DNA from: Armatimonadota bacterium
GTDB taxonomy: Bacteria > Armatimonadota > UBA5829 > DSUL01
Direction of reading: 5' to 3'
Length of the DNA stretch: 64,000 nt
Assembly: GCA_039811685.1 (NCBI GenBank)
Contig: JBDHZC010000001.1
Span: 352,001 to 416,000 of the forward strand
Shown here piece by piece: positions 58,354-64,000 of this stretch (its first letter is position 1; each line of letters opens with the position of its first letter). Below the pieces are notes generated by a model, which was given only the letters and a program-made list of their open reading frames with translations, ran no database searches and was not told the origin of the DNA. Both the position numbers and the translations under genes were made by a program.

Positions 58354-60657
58354 GTGGATTTGCACTGGCAGAACATCGGGGATGAGCCAGCGCTGTCGGA
58401 CTACTGGATTCACGTGGACTTTGTTGCAGACTCCCCGGGTGCGCCTGTAGCGAACGAACCCGCGTTTTCCTGGGACTTCCCGCCCGCCAAAGACACCTCT
58501 CTCTGGCAGACAGGTTTCGTTGTAAAAGAAGAAGGCTGCTACTTCAGAGTGCCCGCTGACATTCCCACCGGGCGCTATGTTGTGTTGATCAGCCTGTTTG
58601 ACCGATCAGACCCGGCATGCCGGATTCCTCTTCGGAACAAGACGAGAGACGTTGGAGGTCACCGGTACCGCGTTGGCCAGGTAAGCGTGGTATCCGAACG
58701 TGGGCTTCCGCCTAAAGTGCTTGCCTACCGTCTTGTATGGCGCGTGCGCGAGCCCCGACCTGCTCCGGCAGTGCGGGAGTCAGTTTTCGTCTCTTACGGA
58801 CGCCTGTCAGTTGGGTTCGACCCCACCCGGCCTGCGATCCGCGCGTGGCGTGTCTCAGGACAAGACCTTCCACTGGGCGGGGATGAGACTTTGAGCAGCC
58901 CGGAAGCGGAGTTTGTCAGTGTCTCGGACGGCAGGCGTCGAACTTCTCTGGCGGTTGGGGCGGACTGGATATTCCAGTGCAGAATCTCGGGCGACGCAGC
59001 AGTCTATAAGTGCAGACTACGCTGGAAACAGGCAGAGGTTGCGCGCTTTGATCTGCGGTTTCAGGTGGGACGGGCAAGCTTGACAGCCCGAGTAAGTGCT
59101 GTTCAGGAAAGTCCAGGTTTTCAGCTTCTCTCTATAACAGCACCTGCAATTGTCTCAGTGCCGGAGACCGCATCTGGCGCTACTCTGGCACTTTCCAGCC
59201 GCGGCGGTCGATTGGTGAACCTAGCGGACTCCGGCCGGCATCGCCAGGTACACAAGTTGGAGTGGGACGACCCTCTCCCTGGCGCTATGGCCGTGTGCGA
59301 CGATGCGATAGCAGTCGCGTGGGTACATTCTGCTGACGATCGACTGGTTTCAGAGGTGTCCGAAGCGGAGTGCAAACGGGGTTCGCTGGGTATCCGTTTC
59401 AGGTTACGGCACGAGGTCGCAGCCAATAACTTTGAGTTGCTGACAAAAAGAAACAGCGAGTTTGAAGTGGCCATCCTCACTGGGCAGGAGAAGCTTACGT
59501 GGACGGACGGCGCCACATGGATGTCCAAGAACTTCCGGGCGCGTCCAGCGCCTATGTATATCGGTTCTCTCATCTATCGATTTGACTGCACCAGACACCC
59601 TGGTTTTGAGCAAGCTTGCGAATCAGCCTATCGGCTTATTCGGCGCGTTCACGCGTTGACAGACGGGGCTCCACAAATTGTCTATCTGGAAGGATGCCAG
59701 ATTAGCCAGGAGCGCCACAGGGCTGCTGTGCGCGCGCTCCAGGCCAGGGCGCAGGAAAGGGCCTGTAAAATCAGCATTGTGGGCCCGGTGAAGAGCGCCG
59801 CTGTGACAGCAGCAGAAGACTGGATAGAAGCATCACACAGGATAGCGGGCTGGTTGCAGGACGCACAGATTACGGAAACTGTCGCACTTAACGGATTTAC
59901 GCCGCACCCAGACGGGTTCTCCGGCAATGCAGTCAGCGCCTTTGCCGCGGATGAAACAATCGCAGCCGGGCGTCAATTGGTTGATGTGCTGAAGTCCTCA
60001 GGGATCGACGTTTCCGGCGGCCCCTTGGTGAGCCCTCTGGTAGGCGCCGTAACTCACTACTGGGACTTGAATCGAGCTCAGGCAGGTGGACCGTATTCCA
60101 GCGAGGAGTGCGTGCCTTTGGTGCCATTCGTCCTGCACGGCAGAATCACGTACGGCACCTCGATTGATGACCTATTCGGCGCCGCCCTGGCCCTGCTGTA
60201 CGGAGCGACCTGGACCGAACACTGGACCGAAGAGACGGCAGATTCGCAGATCTGTCAACGCTACTACTTCATCACTCTGCCGTGGGCAAGGACAGCCAGC
60301 TCTCTCATTCGAGAGTATCGGCGAGACGGTGACTGGCAACGTCTCACCTATGAGAACGGAGAAACGGTGGAGGCTAATCTGACGTTAGCGGAACTGCGAG
60401 TCAGCGCGAGCGGCTATCCGATTATCCAGAACGACATCGCGACGGTCCCGCTTGGACGACATCGGCTCGCGGTGTATTCCAAAGCGGCGGAGCGGGTCTG
60501 TGTCCCGCTACCACCGGGATGGTCATCAGCATCAAGACCGAACGCTGAGGCTTTGCATTCGGATGGATCCAGAACGCCGGTTGATCTGTCGAGCGATGAG
60601 AGCTCTATCTGTCTTGAAGCTCCGGGTGGCGTGCCTGTCATCATCCACCGCCGATAG
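58354..60657 (+). CDS. large hypothetical protein, divergent GH101/GH129-like glycosidase; true start probably further upstream
   Basis: 767-aa ORF after the ABC permeases; N-terminal Ig-like segment (W.N.G..PA..DY.IHV) and LTDGAPQIVYL motif; frame stays open upstream to at least 58201. Confidence 0.5.
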   Translation: MDLHWQNIGDEPALSDYWIHVDFVADSPGAPVANEPAFSWDFPPAKDTSLWQTGFVVKEEGCYFRVPADIPTGRYVVLISLFDRSDPACRIPLRNKTRDVGGHRYRVGQVSVVSERGLPPKVLAYRLVWRVREPRPAPAVRESVFVSYGRLSVGFDPTRPAIRAWRVSGQDLPLGGDETLSSPEAEFVSVSDGRRRTSLAVGADWIFQCRISGDAAVYKCRLRWKQAEVARFDLRFQVGRASLTARVSAVQESPGFQLLSITAPAIVSVPETASGATLALSSRGGRLVNLADSGRHRQVHKLEWDDPLPGAMAVCDDAIAVAWVHSADDRLVSEVSEAECKRGSLGIRFRLRHEVAANNFELLTKRNSEFEVAILTGQEKLTWTDGATWMSKNFRARPAPMYIGSLIYRFDCTRHPGFEQACESAYRLIRRVHALTDGAPQIVYLEGCQISQERHRAAVRALQARAQERACKISIVGPVKSAAVTAAEDWIEASHRIAGWLQDAQITETVALNGFTPHPDGFSGNAVSAFAADETIAAGRQLVDVLKSSGIDVSGGPLVSPLVGAVTHYWDLNRAQAGGPYSSEECVPLVPFVLHGRITYGTSIDDLFGAALALLYGATWTEHWTEETADSQICQRYYFITLPWARTASSLIREYRRDGDWQRLTYENGETVEANLTLAELRVSASGYPIIQNDIATVPLGRHRLAVYSKAAERVCVPLPPGWSSASRPNAEALHSDGSRTPVDLSSDESSICLEAPGGVPVIIHRR

Positions 60658-60775
60658 AGGTCACGGAGTGCCGCACATCTGATATCTCGTGATATCCAGC
60701 ACGCAAATCGCGGAGCTGAAAACTGTAAGGCATGTGTAGAGTTTACACATATTCTTATACAGATTGCGATTCGGA

Positions 60776-61867
60776 TCAGGCGTCTTTGTAAAGCGTGGTG
60801 CGGCGTCGCGGTTCATAGCCAGCATCGCGAATGATGCGCTCAATCTCCTCAATGGGCATTGCATAGCAGGCGCCAGCCGCGCTGACGACATTCTCTTCCA
60901 GCATCGTGCTGCCGAAGTCGTTCACACCGTAAGCCAGACTGACTCCACCAATCTTTGGCCCCTGAGTCACCCAACTGGCTTGAATGTTGTCCACGTTGTC
61001 CAGAAAGACGCGGGCAGTCGCAATAGTCTGAAGATATTCATAAGGAGTCGCGCGAGTTCCACCGAGCTCAGTCCCGTCCGGCTGATAGTTCCACGCGATA
61101 AACGCCGTGAAACCACCCGTGTCATCCTGCAACTCTCGCACCCGAACAAGATGCTCGACACGTTCTTCCAGGGTCTCAACAGAGCCATACATCATCGTGG
61201 CTGAAGTGCGCAAACCTATCTCGTGCGCGTCACGCATAACGCCAAGCCATTCGTCAGCCGTATCCTTGCGAGGAGAGATTATCTTACGCACACGATCAAC
61301 CAGAATCTCCCCGCCTGCACCCGGCAGAGTATCCATTCCGGCCTCACGCAGCCGAGTCAGACACTCCTTCACGGAAATACGCGCCATCTTGGCGATATAG
61401 CGGACTTCCGCCACAGAGAGCGCGTGGAGATGGGTTGTCGGGAAGCGTTCCTTGATCTGGCTGAACATATCAATGTAGTAGTCCAGCTTGAGTTGAGAGT
61501 TCAGGCCGCCCTGAAGCAGCAACTCAATGCCGCCAAGATCCACCAGCTCCTGAATTTTGTCGTAGAGCTCATTTTTCGACAGAACGTAGCCTTCAGGTGA
61601 GCCGGGCGGGCGGTAGAAGTTGCAGAACTTACACCGCACCCAGCAGACATTTGTATAGTTGATATTGCGACCACAGATGTACGTGACAACCGGCTCAGGA
61701 TGCTTTCGCCAGCGCACCAGATCGGCCAGGCGCGAAAGCTCAGCAAGATCAGGGGATTTGAGCAGCCTGAGAGCATCCTCAGCAGACAGGCGCTCGCCCG
61801 TTTCTACTTTTTCGGAAATATCACTCAGATCATCAGTGCGTTGGATGTCGCGCAGAATCGTAGACAT
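60776..61867 (-). CDS. mqnC: cyclic dehypoxanthinyl futalosine synthase (radical SAM)
   Basis: NINYTNVCWVRCKFC, LLQGG, QASWVTQG and NDFGSTMLEENVV. Confidence 0.92.
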   Translation of the reverse strand: MSTILRDIQRTDDLSDISEKVETGERLSAEDALRLLKSPDLAELSRLADLVRWRKHPEPVVTYICGRNINYTNVCWVRCKFCNFYRPPGSPEGYVLSKNELYDKIQELVDLGGIELLLQGGLNSQLKLDYYIDMFSQIKERFPTTHLHALSVAEVRYIAKMARISVKECLTRLREAGMDTLPGAGGEILVDRVRKIISPRKDTADEWLGVMRDAHEIGLRTSATMMYGSVETLEERVEHLVRVRELQDDTGGFTAFIAWNYQPDGTELGGTRATPYEYLQTIATARVFLDNVDNIQASWVTQGPKIGGVSLAYGVNDFGSTMLEENVVSAAGACYAMPIEEIERIIRDAGYEPRRRTTLYKDA

Positions 61868-61887
61868 GGAACTACTCCTTGACCGCA

Positions 61888-62994
61888 TCAGACAAGCGCC
61901 AACTCTCGAACAGGATTGTAGAAACTATCTCGCTCCACAGCCTCGCATCCAGCTTCGCGAATGAGATCAGCAAGTTGGTCTCGAGACAATTCCTGATGTG
62001 TCTGCTCGATCTTCTCGCGAGTGATCTCGTACTCCATAATTGTCCCGTCAATGTCATCCGCCCCATAGCGAAGCGCCAACTGAGCCATAACCGGCCCTAT
62101 CATAATCCAGAAACTCTTAATGTGCGGAAAGTTGTCGAGCATCAACCGGCTGACAGCGATCATGCGTAGATCCAAATTTCCAGTCGTGGGAGGGATTCCT
62201 TCCAATTCTGTGCGCTCGGCATGAAAAGCGAGCGGGATAAAGCACAGGAAGCCACCAGTTTCGTCCTGAAGCTCACGGAGTTGGATGAAGTGGTCTACAC
62301 GCTCTTCATCTGTCTCCAGGTGCCCGTAGAGCAACGATGCGTTTGACTTCAGTCCCTGCCCGTGCGCAACTCGCGCTATATTCAGCCAGCCCTCTCCGTC
62401 CATTTTTCGCCCGAAGAGCTCCTGATGAATGCGCTTGGACAGCACCTCAACGCCGCCGCCCGGCAGTGCTCCCAGGCCGTGTGCCTTAAGATCCTGGATT
62501 GTCTCTTCCAGCGGCATTTCGGAAACTTTTTGAATCTGCTCCAGCTCAATCATAGTGAAGGCTTTGATAATCGCGTCCGGCCGGGTACGCTTCACCGTGT
62601 CCAAAAGGTCTGTATAGTAGGTGTAAGGAAGCTTCGGGTGCACACCCGCCACCATGTGGATTTCGGTAATGGGCAAGTGCGCAAACTGCCTTATCCGATG
62701 CTCCACTTCCTCCATAGTGAGAGTGTACGCCTCAGGGCCGTCTTTTTTGGCGTAGAAGCTACAGAAACGGCAGCGTTTGCTACACACATTCGTGAAATTG
62801 ATATGCTGATTGCGCACATAATAGGCCCGATTGCCGTTCTTGCGCTGGCGGACCAGGTGTGCCAGCTTGCCAACCAGACCAATATGGCGCGAGCGAAAGA
62901 GCCGGACACCGTCCTCAAAGCTCAGACGCTCCTCAGCAGCAACTTTCTCGTAGATATCGGCCAGTCCGGCCGCCTCAAATTGGCTTGCGTTCAA
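61888..62994 (-). CDS. mqnE: aminofutalosine synthase (radical SAM)
   Basis: NFTNVCSKRCRFC, IKAFT, FIPLAFH, HIKSFW and GADDIDGT. Confidence 0.92.
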   Translation of the reverse strand: MNASQFEAAGLADIYEKVAAEERLSFEDGVRLFRSRHIGLVGKLAHLVRQRKNGNRAYYVRNQHINFTNVCSKRCRFCSFYAKKDGPEAYTLTMEEVEHRIRQFAHLPITEIHMVAGVHPKLPYTYYTDLLDTVKRTRPDAIIKAFTMIELEQIQKVSEMPLEETIQDLKAHGLGALPGGGVEVLSKRIHQELFGRKMDGEGWLNIARVAHGQGLKSNASLLYGHLETDEERVDHFIQLRELQDETGGFLCFIPLAFHAERTELEGIPPTTGNLDLRMIAVSRLMLDNFPHIKSFWIMIGPVMAQLALRYGADDIDGTIMEYEITREKIEQTHQELSRDQLADLIREAGCEAVERDSFYNPVRELALV

Positions 62995-63294
62995 GATGAA
63001 GTCCTCGAAGATCTCGCGGCGACGGTGCGCGCTTCAGAGAGGTGATTACCTCGGCTATCTTACAACGATTTGACAATTCTTGACCAGACAAGCAGTGCGC
63101 CATTGTCACATTAGGTGTACAAAACGTCACAGGATTGTTATAGCTTCTGCTAACATGTTCCCGTCCCTGTCGTCAGTGCCCGGATCTGCTGAGCGCTTCG
63201 CGCCGCCGTCGAGACAAAAGTCTCGAGACTGTGCGCCAGAGATTGCGCGTCTAGGATATGGGAAACACGACGAGGCTCAGGCATTTCCAGTTCT

Positions 63295-64000
63295 ATGGCT
63301 ACAGTTCAAAAAGTCCAGACAACTCTGTCCGACAAGCTGGCCTCCCTGCCGGCAAAGCCCGGCTGCTACATCTACAAGAATGACAAGGGAGAGGTTCTCT
63401 ACGTCGGCAAGGCTGTCAATCTACACAACCGCGTGAGGTCTTACTTCCAGAAAGGCGCACAACTTCACCCGCGCACCCAACGTCTGGTTGCTTCGGTTCG
63501 TGATATGGAGTGGATCATCACGGACACAGAAGTCGAAGCGCTCATTCTTGAGTGCACTCTCATAAAAAAATACCGGCCGTTTTACAATATCCGGCTCCGT
63601 GACGACAAGAGCTACCCCTACGTATGTGTGACCACCAGTGAGATCTACCCGCGTGTGTTTTTCACGCGCCGTCCACACTTGAAGCCAGATGGCAATCGCT
63701 ATTTTGGCCCGTACACTGACGTCCGTGCCGTGCGAGATACTCTCAGGACCGTTCGGCGCATATTTGGTGTTCAGAGCTGCACACATCGCTTCACCGGCGC
63801 AGAGAAGATGCGACCCTGTCTGTACTACCATCTCGGGCAGTGCCTGGGGCCCTGTACTGGCGAGCTACCTCCGGAGGAGTATCGAAAGGCTGTCGATCAG
63901 GTGATGATGCTTTTCGAGGGGCGGCAGGACGAGATTCTGGAGCGCATGAACAAAAGCATGGAGGAAGCGGCTGAAAATCTGCAGTTTGAGCGCGCGGCAG
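63295..64000 (+). CDS. uvrC: excinuclease ABC subunit C, 5' part (runs off the window)
   Basis: Hand translation from ATG 63295: LPAKPGCYIYK...VLYVGKAVNLHNRVRSYF (GIY-YIG), EALILE, YNIRLRDDKSYPY and PCLYYHLGQCLGPC. Confidence 0.96.
   Translation, partial: MATVQKVQTTLSDKLASLPAKPGCYIYKNDKGEVLYVGKAVNLHNRVRSYFQKGAQLHPRTQRLVASVRDMEWIITDTEVEALILECTLIKKYRPFYNIRLRDDKSYPYVCVTTSEIYPRVFFTRRPHLKPDGNRYFGPYTDVRAVRDTLRTVRRIFGVQSCTHRFTGAEKMRPCLYYHLGQCLGPCTGELPPEEYRKAVDQVMMLFEGRQDEILERMNKSMEEAAENLQFERAA

Noticed and set aside
63060..63160. LexA/SOS box upstream of uvrC (TGACAAT...ATTGTCA and repeated GTCACA)
   Set aside because: The spacing does not match any LexA motif I know and the repeats are short enough to be chance

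Overview
Bacterial chromosomal window, roughly 55-65% GC by eye. The gene repertoire suggests Armatimonadota (inference from a DUF6785/DUF6784-like membrane protein, a lineage-typical C-terminal domain on a secreted glycosidase and many sugar ABC permeases). The main accessory element (1.6-16.7 kb) is a six-component type-1 BREX phage-defence locus: brxA, brxB, brxC, pglX, pglZ, brxL. Its methyltransferase pglX is split into two separately initiated ORFs. Between them sits a 1.9-kb cassette with a self-promoted AbiE-like type IV toxin-antitoxin pair and an antitoxin-like remnant, and the two pglX junctions are complementary to each other. A second, type II TA pair with its own palindromic operator lies between pglX and pglZ. 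The rest is largely housekeeping: rho with a long structured leader, hpt-guaA-guaB, the rpmE-prfA-prmC-tsaC operon, a complete ISKra4/ISLre2-type IS with a 9-bp target duplication, sucA-sucB-lpdA, three tRNAs, carbohydrate-use genes (two ABC sugar clusters, GH39-, GH65- and GH101-like proteins), leuB, mqnE-mqnC and the 5' part of uvrC. All family calls come from motif recognition; no searches were run.
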